A DNA stretch of 64,000 nt from Alkalispirochaeta sp. (GTDB taxonomy: Bacteria; Spirochaetota; Spirochaetia; DSM-27196; Alkalispirochaetaceae), in NCBI GenBank assembly GCA_965242725.1, contig CBDESZ010000022.1:77100-141099 (forward strand), given 5' to 3'. Made by a program: the position numbers and the translations under genes. Position 1 is the first letter of the stretch. The number at the start of each line of letters is the position of its first letter. Below, piece by piece: positions 47,625 through 57,320 of the stretch. The notes under the pieces are model-generated. The model did no database searches and was not told where the DNA came from. It saw only the letters and a program-made list of their open reading frames with translations.

Positions 47625-49409
47625 ATGAATATGGCCCGTCAAAACGAGACAATGAGATTATTATTGACCCTTCCATCCCTGAACGGGACGACAAGCTCCT
47701 TTATGATCACCTTCCTTGGGGAACTACGGCGCATGGCGGCCGACACGGCGGTCACGCTTCACACACCGTCGATTATCTGGAACTCCGACGACGCGATGGA
47801 CCGGCAGCTCCGCACGCTGGTGGGGGAACAGCTCACGGCGGGGACGATTGAAGTGTGGTCCGCCGGATATACCGGCGCCGCGGCGGATCTTCTCCATCCG
47901 GGAGAAGCGGAGCTGGAACGACGGTGGGGAGAGTCAAACCGATGGCATGAAGGACTCACCGATCGCTTTGGCATCGAGGGACTGCGGTATGCACCGTTTC
48001 GCGTCACCGCAGCACAGGCGACACTGCTCGCGGAGGGGGATTTCCCCGTATGTGTCGGCGCCCCTGCTCTCCCGAAACGTACGGAATGGCGGGAAGAGAC
48101 ATACACATTGTGGGATGGCGCGGGGACCGGTCGGTCACGACAATTGCTGCCGGTCATGGCGGCGCGGATTGATGCGGACGGATCTCTTCCCGCACCGGCT
48201 GCATCGGCGTCGGCGGACTCGGTTCATATCGTCCTGCCGCGGAACGGAATGAATACCGCAGAGGGGGCGGACGCGGCCCGGACGGTTGCATCTCTGCTCC
48301 TCCGTTACCGGAAACGGGAGAACGGTGCGGCGACCGCCTCTGACGGTGTCCATCCCGCGTCGCCGCTTTGTATCGGAGCGAACCCCTATTCTCCAGCCCG
48401 CGAGCCCCACGTACTTGCCCGCTTGTTCAGGATGGACCGGACGGTCTCCCTTGACGAAACAGGCGGGCTTTCTCCCCCAAAACGTGAATCGGTCAGGTCG
48501 GTACTCCTTGCGGCGGGAGACCGCCGCCCCGCCGCTGGAGATGCTGCCCATGACGACGGGGTACCGCCCGCGGCGGTAATGCCCGAGGGTGCGGAATGGG
48601 AATTACAGGGTTCCGTCTTCGGCACCCTTTCCATCGATGAGCCTCCGCTGCAGACCTCCTTTATCGCCGGCAGGGCCGCAGGGGTGCGCAGGAACATGCA
48701 GCCCGGCGAGGGCGAACAGAAGGGATCACGGAGCCGGCGGGATGTACGACGCTCCCAGGGCTATATACGGCGGCGGACAAAGGGAGGCGCGTCGGCGGAC
48801 TATCTGGACACACGGTTTGCGGCGTGGTTTACCGGCGACGGCATCAGGGGAATTAAAGAATCCGCCGTATTGCGGGACGTGCTTGAGGTGCATACAACGG
48901 GTATCGTCAAAGATGACGTCCCGGCACTCGTGCTCAACCAGCTATTTGTCGTTCAAAATCCGACCGTGGACGGGGAGACGGTAAGTCCCTATGAGTTTCC
49001 CCTGTGTATTCTTATCGGAGAGGATACGGTTTCCGTCACATGTGACGACCATACCGCCGGGATTTCCGCCGCCCGTATCGGGGAGGTAATGCTTTCCGGA
49101 CACCGCCTGAGTGTGGACGCCGGCGCGTACCGAATACATCTGCAGCCGGGAGGCGCCGATGATCGGCGGGGCAGGAACTTCATCGTTCCCTTTCATCTCG
49201 TACTCTTCGCTTCTGGCGACGAGGTGGTTGTGGCGCTACGCACGACCCCGGCCGTCGATTGCGGCGAGCGGGAGAATGGAGACGATCCGTTCGGCGCGGT
49301 GACCGACTGGACCACATCTTATGTTTTTTCCATTGATGAGCCGCCGTCGTCCGTACCGGAAGAGTCCATTCCCTTTACGGCGCGGGAAGGCGGCGAACCG
49401 TCCCGGTGA
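47625..49409 (+). CDS. Hypothetical protein with a weakly GH57-like N-terminus
   Basis: 594-aa ORF filling the groL-birA gap; the G.IEV...GY segment resembles GH57. The start may be 47652. Confidence 0.55.
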   Translation: MNMARQNETMRLLLTLPSLNGTTSSFMITFLGELRRMAADTAVTLHTPSIIWNSDDAMDRQLRTLVGEQLTAGTIEVWSAGYTGAAADLLHPGEAELERRWGESNRWHEGLTDRFGIEGLRYAPFRVTAAQATLLAEGDFPVCVGAPALPKRTEWREETYTLWDGAGTGRSRQLLPVMAARIDADGSLPAPAASASADSVHIVLPRNGMNTAEGADAARTVASLLLRYRKRENGAATASDGVHPASPLCIGANPYSPAREPHVLARLFRMDRTVSLDETGGLSPPKRESVRSVLLAAGDRRPAAGDAAHDDGVPPAAVMPEGAEWELQGSVFGTLSIDEPPLQTSFIAGRAAGVRRNMQPGEGEQKGSRSRRDVRRSQGYIRRRTKGGASADYLDTRFAAWFTGDGIRGIKESAVLRDVLEVHTTGIVKDDVPALVLNQLFVVQNPTVDGETVSPYEFPLCILIGEDTVSVTCDDHTAGISAARIGEVMLSGHRLSVDAGAYRIHLQPGGADDRRGRNFIVPFHLVLFASGDEVVVALRTTPAVDCGERENGDDPFGAVTDWTTSYVFSIDEPPSSVPEESIPFTAREGGEPSR

Positions 49410-50142
49410 ATACGGTGACCCTGCCGGTTGGTGTTTCGAGAATGAGAGCCCCCGTATCGGCAATGTCCAGCAACGTTCCGCGAATGTCGGTCGTCCCGCC
49501 CTCCATAGACGCAGTGACGCCTACGTGACTGTTTTTCCACGCCAGCCGACGACGGACCGCTTCCAGCCATTCACCTCCCGTGAAATATCGTGAAAAGGCC
49601 GCCCCCAGGGTGTGGACGATCATTTCTTCCCGGGGAATCTCGCCGTACTCCCGAAGGGATCTCGGCACCACCGCCGTCAACTCGTCCCGCCACCGGTGCA
49701 CCCGGGCCGTTTCGTCGGGCCGGTACGTATTGAGGCCGATTCCGATGTAGAACCAGCGTGGATCCGCCTCGATGAGAATACCCGCCACCTTCCCGTCGTC
49801 GATGTACACGTCGTTGGGCCATTTTATCGCCACCGTTCCCCGTGTGTCTGATGGTGTGATTATCGATTCCACAGTTTCGGCAACTGCCGCGCCCGTCCGC
49901 AGCGCCAGAATTCCCGGATTGTCGTCACCGGGATCGAGGGATCCTCTCCGCCGCACGGCGAGAGTGACCATTATGGCGCCGCCGGGTATGTCAAACCAGC
50001 TCCGGCCCCGTCTGCCCCGTCCCGCACGCTGATGGTGCGTCCGAACGAGAAATGCGTCGCCAAAGGCCCGGGACGCAATGGTCCGGGCCTCTTCCATCGT
50101 GGTGTCCACCTCTTCAAAGAAGTATTCAGGAATGTCATTCAT
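49375..50142 (-). CDS. birA: Biotin--protein ligase (no HTH)
   Basis: Q.AGRGRRGR.W, IKWPNDV, KVAGILIE, GIGLN. Confidence 0.93.
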   Translation of the reverse strand: MNDIPEYFFEEVDTTMEEARTIASRAFGDAFLVRTHHQRAGRGRRGRSWFDIPGGAIMVTLAVRRRGSLDPGDDNPGILALRTGAAVAETVESIITPSDTRGTVAIKWPNDVYIDDGKVAGILIEADPRWFYIGIGLNTYRPDETARVHRWRDELTAVVPRSLREYGEIPREEMIVHTLGAAFSRYFTGGEWLEAVRRRLAWKNSHVGVTASMEGGTTDIRGTLLDIADTGALILETPTGRVTVFTGTVRRLPAP

Positions 50143-51535
50143 CGGATTTCTTGGGAGGCCCTTTGTCCTTTGCCGTCTCTATTTTCCGGGCAACGATGTG
50201 TCCCGATGAGGGATCTACCGAAAACTCGGTCCCGTGCAGGGGATCAACGACTGCATATTCGGCACGTCCTATTTGAATGACCACGCCGGGATAGACCGTT
50301 TCGGTCACCGTTATCCTGACGTGGTCCGGAACGTACATCGTCGCCGCGAGCTCACTCATCCCGTGGGTGAGTTTTTTCTGTTCCTTTTCGAGGGTGCGCA
50401 CGATTTCCAGCTGCCGGGACGTGGGGTGGTCGCCCATTCTCGCCGTGAGCCGGTCGAGACGGGTGGTTATCTTATGGTGTTTCTCCCGCTTCAGCCTCAT
50501 TTTACGTTCAACGATGAAGTTGACGCCGCCGCGGATATGCGTCGGAATTCCCGCGTTATTTCCAAGGGTTCCACACTCGATGCTGCCTGCAGCGGTCACA
50601 ACGCCGCCGATGATGCGTCCGCCCTTTTCCATGGAAAAAGATCCAAGACAGCCGATACGTCCATGGTAGGCATACTGTTTCACAACCACCGAGTCCTTGC
50701 TTTCTACATAGCAATTTCCCACAAAGCGGACGTGTACCGAGCCGCCCGAGCGGAGCAGCGCCTTGCCGCGTCCGATGATTCCGCCGGCGCAGGAAAAGTC
50801 TCCGCGGCAGTAGATTTCCGAGACATCCACGGTACGGTCGGCGTGGATCGTCCCGCCCGCCCAGATGTGAAAACCTTCCTTGATCTCCCCCTTGACGGAG
50901 ACGTCGCCGGGGAACTCGATACTTCCCGTGGCAAATCCGATGTCGCCGCTGATTTCCAGGTAATCCTCAATGAGAAATTCTGTCGAAGTAACGACAAGGC
51001 GCCCGCCCACCTCTGCAAGGGCGACGCCGTCGTCAACGCGGGTATTGGCTCCGGGAACGTGAGGCGGGACCGCTTCCGTTCCCGCCGCAAGCTCCCGTCC
51101 GTATACGTCCATTCCCGCCTCGCCCTCTTCGGCGGCCACAAGCACGGCGAGTTTGTCCCCGGCGTATACAACCTGGAGGTGGGTCGCGTCCTTGTAATCG
51201 ATGCGCTCCGTCTCTTCCGCCGTATCGGTCAGGCTGCCGCCATGGACGGTCGCGACGGTGAGGTCCCAATATGCGGGCCGGGAAGGAGTGGAAACGCTCC
51301 CCGTTGCGACGGGAATGTTTTCCTGCATATGGTGACCCGTATTGCACGCGAGGATTGCGTCTGCGATCTCGTCGTGACGGATCCCGTGTACCACCCCCGC
51401 TGACTCGAGAACCGCGTCCACGTAATCGGAAGTGAACATGCGTCCGCTCCCCACGGCGGGCAGAAAGGTCCCGTACGCGGTCATGGCGTCTTCGGAGACG
51501 GAGACTTCTAAAATGGCATCGCGGTCCATCGACAT
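50135..51535 (-). CDS. FapA / DUF342 family protein
   Basis: IDYK, G..G.DVYG, GDI...TGSI.F.GDV.V.G.I, GG.IIGG beta-helix followed by a coiled coil. Confidence 0.85.
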   Translation of the reverse strand: MSMDRDAILEVSVSEDAMTAYGTFLPAVGSGRMFTSDYVDAVLESAGVVHGIRHDEIADAILACNTGHHMQENIPVATGSVSTPSRPAYWDLTVATVHGGSLTDTAEETERIDYKDATHLQVVYAGDKLAVLVAAEEGEAGMDVYGRELAAGTEAVPPHVPGANTRVDDGVALAEVGGRLVVTSTEFLIEDYLEISGDIGFATGSIEFPGDVSVKGEIKEGFHIWAGGTIHADRTVDVSEIYCRGDFSCAGGIIGRGKALLRSGGSVHVRFVGNCYVESKDSVVVKQYAYHGRIGCLGSFSMEKGGRIIGGVVTAAGSIECGTLGNNAGIPTHIRGGVNFIVERKMRLKREKHHKITTRLDRLTARMGDHPTSRQLEIVRTLEKEQKKLTHGMSELAATMYVPDHVRITVTETVYPGVVIQIGRAEYAVVDPLHGTEFSVDPSSGHIVARKIETAKDKGPPKKSDE

Positions 51536-51550
51536 AGTGCTCCACTACCA

Positions 51551-51577
51551 CTATCGGCACAAAGGCGAGAGAGTTGA
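51551..51577 (-). promoter_or_regulatory. sigma28 (FliA)-type promoter of the FapA gene
   Basis: TCAA-N15-GCCGATAG versus consensus TAAA-N15-GCCGATAA. Confidence 0.65.
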
Positions 51578-51602
51578 AACAAATCGCTGAATGGCGTAAG
51601 TT
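51574..51602 (+). promoter_or_regulatory. sigma70 promoter of the arg operon
   Basis: TTGAAA-N17-TAAGTT. Confidence 0.6.
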
Positions 51603-51613
51603 TATACCTCTGC

Positions 51614-51631
51614 GTAGCATATTTATTCACA
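51614..51631. promoter_or_regulatory. ARG box (ArgR operator)
   Basis: gtAGCATatttATTCAca just downstream of the -10 of argR. Confidence 0.7.
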
Positions 51632-51646
51632 AATGAGAGGTACAGG

Positions 51647-52117
51647 GTGCGGGAACGGCAACAGCGGCTCAAGGCAATTCGAAAGATCATTCGCGAACAC
51701 CGTATAGACAGTCAGGAACACCTCTTGCGCCGTCTGGAAGACCAGGGATATCGGGTCACCCAGGCTACCCTCTCGCGTGATCTCAAGTTGCTCAAAGTGG
51801 GAAAGCAGGCCGTCGGCAATGAGGGATACTTCTACAGTCTGCCCAGCGAAGAGATGCGACGCGAACGGGAGCGGAGCTTTTCAATTGATTTTGCGCGGGG
51901 TTACGTATCCATCGATTTTACCGGCGCCCTTGCGATCATTCGGACCCTCACCGGACACGCCGACAGCGTAGCCATCGCCATAGACAACCTCAACATAGAA
52001 GCGGTACTCGGAACCGTCGCAGGGGATGACACGGTCTTTGTCGCCCTTCGTGAGGACATTACACGGGACGATTTTCTCGACGATCTCAGGTCACGGGTTC
52101 CCGAGTTCGAAGATTAG
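51647..52117 (+). CDS. argR: Arginine repressor
   Basis: TQATLSRDL, T..GHA..VA..ID, GTVAGDDT. Confidence 0.96.
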   Translation: MRERQQRLKAIRKIIREHRIDSQEHLLRRLEDQGYRVTQATLSRDLKLLKVGKQAVGNEGYFYSLPSEEMRRERERSFSIDFARGYVSIDFTGALAIIRTLTGHADSVAIAIDNLNIEAVLGTVAGDDTVFVALREDITRDDFLDDLRSRVPEFED

Positions 52118-52129
52118 GATAGGTGAATC

Positions 52130-53179
52130 ATGAATGCAGTAGTACTCGGTTCCAATGGATACGGGGGGATGCTTCTCCTCCGGTTACTCGCATACCACCC
52201 GGCGGTGGAGCGCGTCATTCCGGCCGCCCGAAGTCAGGCGGGAATGGAGATCGGCGACGCCGATCCCGGACTTCCCCACCACCTGATCGCCTCCGGGAAG
52301 GTACAGGCGCGGGTCGAATCTCCTGAAGAGGCGCTGTCGGGAACGTGCGATGTGGTATTCTCCGCCCTGCCACACGGAGCGTCCGCGGAAGTGTGCGGTC
52401 CCATCCTCGGGCGTATCCCGGTCATCGATCTTTCCGCCGACTTCCGTTTCTCGTCGGAGGAGCGTTTTTCCGGCGCCTATGGGTCACCCCGTCCCGAGCC
52501 GGACCATCAGGAGGGAGCGGTCTACGGTCTCGTTGAGTGGTATCGCCATGCACTGGCGGATGCAAAAATCATCGCAAACCCGGGCTGTTACCCCACTGCA
52601 ACGCTGATGCCACTCCTGCCGCTCTACGAGGCGGGTATTCCCGTCTCGGGCCCCATCGTGGTCAACGCCCTCAGCGGTATCACCGGCGCCGGCCGGTCAC
52701 CAAAGGTGAACACCCTGTACGGCGAGCGCACTGAAAATGCAAACGCCTACAATCCGGGAACACTGCACCGCCATTACGCGGAGATCACCGAACAGCTCGA
52801 CCTCGCGACCGCCCGGGCGGGTGATCGTTCCCGGAGGGAAGCGGTCTATTTCAATCCCCATCTCGTACCGATGAAACAGGGCATGGCGGTGACGACCGTC
52901 GTTCCGACACCCGATACGGCGGGGGCGATTGCCGCACTGACAAGTCGCTACCGGGACGAACCCTTTGTGGAACTGACGGGAACGCGCCCGCCGGAGACGC
53001 GGGAAGTCCGGGGTACCAACCTGGTTCGGATCGGGTGGCGGGAGGAAAAGGATGCGGTCATTCTCATGTCCGTCCTGGACAATCTCTGGAAAGGGGCGTC
53101 GGGGCAGGCAATCCAGAATATGAACGTTCTCTTCGGCCTCGACGAGACGACGGGACTGCTCGGTTTCGGAGATCTGTGA
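52130..53179 (+). CDS. argC: N-acetyl-gamma-glutamyl-phosphate reductase
   Basis: G..GYGG, ALPHG, IDLSADFR, ANPGCYPTA, DNLWKGASGQA.QNMN. Confidence 0.96.
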   Translation: MNAVVLGSNGYGGMLLLRLLAYHPAVERVIPAARSQAGMEIGDADPGLPHHLIASGKVQARVESPEEALSGTCDVVFSALPHGASAEVCGPILGRIPVIDLSADFRFSSEERFSGAYGSPRPEPDHQEGAVYGLVEWYRHALADAKIIANPGCYPTATLMPLLPLYEAGIPVSGPIVVNALSGITGAGRSPKVNTLYGERTENANAYNPGTLHRHYAEITEQLDLATARAGDRSRREAVYFNPHLVPMKQGMAVTTVVPTPDTAGAIAALTSRYRDEPFVELTGTRPPETREVRGTNLVRIGWREEKDAVILMSVLDNLWKGASGQAIQNMNVLFGLDETTGLLGFGDL

Positions 53180-53181
53180 CA

Positions 53182-53988
53182 ATGGCAATCAGTAAGGATC
53201 TCCATATTGTCGTGAAGATCGGCGGCGCCGTCGCCGAGGACGCAAACGCCATCGATCACCTTTTTGAGGAACTGAGGGACTACACCGGCCGGGCGGTGCT
53301 TGTACACGGCGGCGGCGCCGCCGTCACCCGCCACTCCCGGTTGCTGGGGCTGGAGTCCATCTTCTCCGCCGGCGTCAGAATCACCTCCGCGCAGGAGATG
53401 GAAGTTGTTGATATGGTCCTGGCGGGACGGGTGAATACCCAGCTGGTGCGTCGCGCCGTCGGCCGCGGTATCGGTGCGGCGGGCCTGACCGGCGCCGATT
53501 GCGCGCTCTTCCGGGGACGACTGGTGGACCCGCTGTCGGGAAGCAGGACGGCCACCGTGGAGGCGGTCGATCTGCGGGCGGTGGATGCGCTGCTATCCGG
53601 CGGGATTCTGCCGATAGTCGCTTCCGTCGGCCTCGATGCGACGGCTGAGGCGGTGAACATCAACGCCGACGAGGCGGCCCAGGCGCTGGCGGTGGCGATC
53701 GCGCGTTCCGGCCGGGAGGCAACTCTGTGCTATCTTTCGGATATTCCGGGAGTTCTCAACGGGGAGAAATCGGTTATTTCCGATCTGCCGGTACCACAGA
53801 TCGACAGGCTCATCGCAGACGGGGTCGTTCAGGGCGGCATGACGGCAAAACTCCGCTCGACCGCTTCAGCGATTGCATCCGGTCTCCGGGGCGTCATTAT
53901 CGGCGGCTACCGGGAGCCTGGTGACCTTCACAAACTGCTGGACCGGCGCAGCGGAACAACTATACACGCAACATCGGAAGGAGTCTGA
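53182..53988 (+). CDS. argB: Acetylglutamate kinase
   Basis: VVKIGG, VHGGG, G.R.T, NINAD, GGM.AK. Confidence 0.93.
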   Translation: MAISKDLHIVVKIGGAVAEDANAIDHLFEELRDYTGRAVLVHGGGAAVTRHSRLLGLESIFSAGVRITSAQEMEVVDMVLAGRVNTQLVRRAVGRGIGAAGLTGADCALFRGRLVDPLSGSRTATVEAVDLRAVDALLSGGILPIVASVGLDATAEAVNINADEAAQALAVAIARSGREATLCYLSDIPGVLNGEKSVISDLPVPQIDRLIADGVVQGGMTAKLRSTASAIASGLRGVIIGGYREPGDLHKLLDRRSGTTIHATSEGV

Positions 53989-53990
53989 AC

Positions 53991-55229
53991 ATGGCTGAAG
54001 CGGCACTCACCAAAGACACACCCTTTGCGCGGAACTACGCGCGGGAAGTTCTCACCATTTCACATGGAAAAGGTGTCTACCTCTGGGACACAAACGGCAA
54101 CTCCTACCTCGACCTGGGCGCGGGAATTGCGGTCAACGCCCTCGGTTACGGCGATGAAGGACTGGCCGCGGCGGTGGGAGCACAGATGAAGGAGCTCGTA
54201 CACGTCTCCAATCTCTATACCACTCCCCAGGCGATGGAACTTGGCTATCGTCTGCTCCAGCTGTGCAGCCCCATTGGACGGGCACCGTTCCGCGCCGTCC
54301 ACTTTGGAAACAGCGGTTCCGAGGCAAATGAAGGGGCGATAAAGTACGCCCGTCTCTATTCCCTGGCGAAAAAAGGGCCGGGTCACCATCGTATTCTCAG
54401 TTTCTCCCACGCCTTTCACGGACGGACGATGGGTGCGCTCTCGGCAACGCCGAAGGAGGCGTATCGACAGAAATTTGAACCCCTCGTCCCCGGCTTTGAG
54501 ACGGTGCCGTATAACGATCCCGCGGCGCTCAGGGAGCGCCTCTCCGGAGAATTTGCGGCGGTCATCGTAGAGGTCGTTCAGGGTGAAGGGGGACTCACGC
54601 CGGCGGATCCTGAATTTGTACGCACCCTTAACGAACTGACGAAGGAGTTGGACATCCTGCTCATCGCCGATGAAATCCAGACCGGCCTGGGAAGGCTGGG
54701 AGAGCTCTTCGGCTCGGAGGGGGCGGGGCTGAAACCGGATATCATAACCCTCTCCAAACCCCTGGCGGGAGGACTTCCCCTGAGCGCGACGCTCATACCG
54801 GAGTCGGTGAACACCCTTGTTTCGCCCGGGGACCACGGCACAACCTTCGGAGGCGGACCGGTGACCTCTGCCGCCGCGCTCTACGTGCTGGATCGTCTCA
54901 CCGCGTCGGGTTTCATGGACTCCGTGAAGGCCCGGGCGGAGCAGCTTGAGGAGGGACTTGCGTCGCTGAAGGAACGCTTTTCCTTTGTCACCTCCCTGAG
55001 GGGGCGCGGCATGCTCAGGGGGCTTCAAATATCGTGCGGACCGCGGCAGGAGGAGCTCTTTCCGTCGATAATCGACCGCGGGAGAAACAGGGGCTTGCTG
55101 GTACTCCGTTCGGGCGCCGACGTGATACGTATCGCCCCGCCCCTTGTCATTACGGAAGCGGAACTCCGGAGGGGTCTGGAGCTTCTGACGGAAACACTTT
55201 TGGAAATTGAACTGGAAATAAACCGATAA
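53991..55229 (+). CDS. argD: Acetylornithine aminotransferase
   Basis: GIAVNALG, NSGSEANE, FHGRT.G, DEIQTGLGR, HGTTFGG; arg operon context. Confidence 0.93.
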   Translation: MAEAALTKDTPFARNYAREVLTISHGKGVYLWDTNGNSYLDLGAGIAVNALGYGDEGLAAAVGAQMKELVHVSNLYTTPQAMELGYRLLQLCSPIGRAPFRAVHFGNSGSEANEGAIKYARLYSLAKKGPGHHRILSFSHAFHGRTMGALSATPKEAYRQKFEPLVPGFETVPYNDPAALRERLSGEFAAVIVEVVQGEGGLTPADPEFVRTLNELTKELDILLIADEIQTGLGRLGELFGSEGAGLKPDIITLSKPLAGGLPLSATLIPESVNTLVSPGDHGTTFGGGPVTSAAALYVLDRLTASGFMDSVKARAEQLEEGLASLKERFSFVTSLRGRGMLRGLQISCGPRQEELFPSIIDRGRNRGLLVLRSGADVIRIAPPLVITEAELRRGLELLTETLLEIELEINR

Positions 55230-55257
55230 CAGATCGGAAATACGTGAGGAGAACAAT

Positions 55258-56535
55258 ATGAAGAAACCGAACCATCCCATCAGGAAAATCTGTCTCGCCT
55301 ACTCCGGCGGACTGGACACGTCAATCATCATCCCGTGGCTGAAGGAAACCTACGACGGCGCGGAGATTATCGGAATCTGCACGAACGTCGGCCAGGATGA
55401 AGACTGGGACAACATGGAAGAAAAGGCGCTCCGCTCGGGAGCGTCGAAACTGATCATACGGGACATTCGGGAGGAGTTTGCCCGGGACTATCTCTTCCCT
55501 ATGCTCCGGGCGGGAGCGATCTACGAAGGGAAATACCTGCTCGGCACCTCCATTGCCCGGCCGCTGCAGGCGAAGCATCAGGTCGATGTGGCCCTCAAGG
55601 AGGGAGCGGACGCCCTTGCCCACGGGTGTACCGGAAAAGGGAACGACCAGGTCCGATTTGAGCTTACCTACAAGGCGCTGGCGCCTCAGCTGCACGTCAT
55701 CGCACCGTGGCGTATCTGGGATATCCGCAGCAGGGAAGACGCTATTGAATACGCTCAGAGTCACAACATTTCAATCGGAAATATCTCAAAGAAGAACATC
55801 TATTCCCGGGACTGGAACATCTGGCATATGAGTCACGAGGGCGGCGACCTGGAAAGCCCCTGGAACCGTCCGCAGGATGAGATGTTCCAGCTGACAAAGT
55901 CGCCGAAAGACGCTCCCGACGTGGAGACTGAGATCACCCTCGATTTTGAAAAGGGCATTCCCGTCGGCCTCGACGGAAAGAAACTGCCTCCCCTTGAAAT
56001 TCTCGAGACCCTTAACCGTGTCGGCGGCGAAAACGGTATCGGCAGGGCGGATCTCGTTGAGACGCGCCTGGTCGGTATGAAGAGCCGAGGTGTCTACGAG
56101 ACACCGGCGGGAACGATCCTCCATCGCGCCCTGAGAGAGCTGGAAATGATCACCATGGATTTCGACACCCTGGGAATGAAAAACCAGCTCGCCCTGAAGT
56201 ACGCCGACCTCGTCTATGCCGGCAAGTGGTTCACCCATTTCCGGGAAAGCATGGACGCCTATATGGCTACCGCGTCGCGGTACGTCACCGGGTCTGTCCG
56301 GGTGGTCCTCTACAAGGGCAATATCATTATCGCCGGACGGAAGTCACCCTATTCCCTCTACATTGAAGATCTGGCGAGTTTTGGTGAGTCCAGCTACGAT
56401 CACGGTGACGCCACGGGGTTCATCAACCTCTACGGGCTGGCCACCGGCGTGCAGGCGATCGTTCACAGCAATCCCGACCTGGACGAAGGACCGGCACATC
56501 AAATGCGGGAAATGGCGGGATTCTCCGAGAAATAG
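55258..56535 (+). CDS. argG: Argininosuccinate synthase
   Basis: AYSGGLDTS, YLLGTSIARP, HGCTGKGNDQVRFE, KSRGVYETP. Confidence 0.97.
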   Translation: MKKPNHPIRKICLAYSGGLDTSIIIPWLKETYDGAEIIGICTNVGQDEDWDNMEEKALRSGASKLIIRDIREEFARDYLFPMLRAGAIYEGKYLLGTSIARPLQAKHQVDVALKEGADALAHGCTGKGNDQVRFELTYKALAPQLHVIAPWRIWDIRSREDAIEYAQSHNISIGNISKKNIYSRDWNIWHMSHEGGDLESPWNRPQDEMFQLTKSPKDAPDVETEITLDFEKGIPVGLDGKKLPPLEILETLNRVGGENGIGRADLVETRLVGMKSRGVYETPAGTILHRALRELEMITMDFDTLGMKNQLALKYADLVYAGKWFTHFRESMDAYMATASRYVTGSVRVVLYKGNIIIAGRKSPYSLYIEDLASFGESSYDHGDATGFINLYGLATGVQAIVHSNPDLDEGPAHQMREMAGFSEK

Positions 56536-56556
56536 GCGTGGCCCGTACGACTTGAG

Positions 56557-57279
56557 TCAGGGAACAAAGACGAGGGAGTATCGCAACGGCGCGGGCGCGG
56601 TGACCGCTTCTATGAGGGAGGTTCTGAACTCCACGTCACCGTTGCGCCGGGATCCTCCCTCAACCCTGACAACCTCCCCGGCGGGACGTATCGTCGTGAC
56701 GATGGTGCTTGACTGAAAGACCCGTTCCACCGGCCGCTGGTCGGCATATTCCTCGAGCGCCCAGGCGAGATGATCCTGATACTCCTGCCGGGACATGGCG
56801 GGGTCGGGGGGCATCAGTGACTCCACCACCACGCCGTCAACACCGGTCAAAGCGGCGAAGTGTTCGATTGCGTGCCTGTCGATCTCCGCGGCAACGCGGC
56901 GGAACCCCTGGGTTCGTTCAAACCGAAGAAACCGTGCGAGACTTTCACCTTCAACGGCGAGTACATGTTCCACCGATTCAAAGGCGATCTCAAGGATGAG
57001 GCGGTTCCGCCCGGCCAGTTCCAGGTTTTCGAGATTGACCCCCGGCCGATCGGCGAATGCCGATCGGATCGCATCAGCGTCAAAGAGGGGCGCCTCCGGC
57101 GAGGCTCCGAAGCCCATCCCCACGTCGGTTAGGTATGCGGAAAAGACGGGATCGAGGGTAATCTCCAGACGACCGCGACCCGATCCATCCTCGAGAATCG
57201 AGATGTCCTGCCGGGCACTGCACCCGACATTTATCAATACCGACAACACCGCGAAACCGGCCAAAATCGTCCGTGCCAT
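56557..57279 (-). CDS. Hypothetical lipoprotein
   Basis: Signal ending NVGC; promoter TTGACG-N17-TATCAT-N6-ATG fixes the start at 57279. Confidence 0.65.
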   Translation of the reverse strand: MARTILAGFAVLSVLINVGCSARQDISILEDGSGRGRLEITLDPVFSAYLTDVGMGFGASPEAPLFDADAIRSAFADRPGVNLENLELAGRNRLILEIAFESVEHVLAVEGESLARFLRFERTQGFRRVAAEIDRHAIEHFAALTGVDGVVVESLMPPDPAMSRQEYQDHLAWALEEYADQRPVERVFQSSTIVTTIRPAGEVVRVEGGSRRNGDVEFRTSLIEAVTAPAPLRYSLVFVP

Positions 57280-57320
57280 GGGGGAATGATATCGCACGCT
57301 CGCGGCTTCGTCAAAAATTG

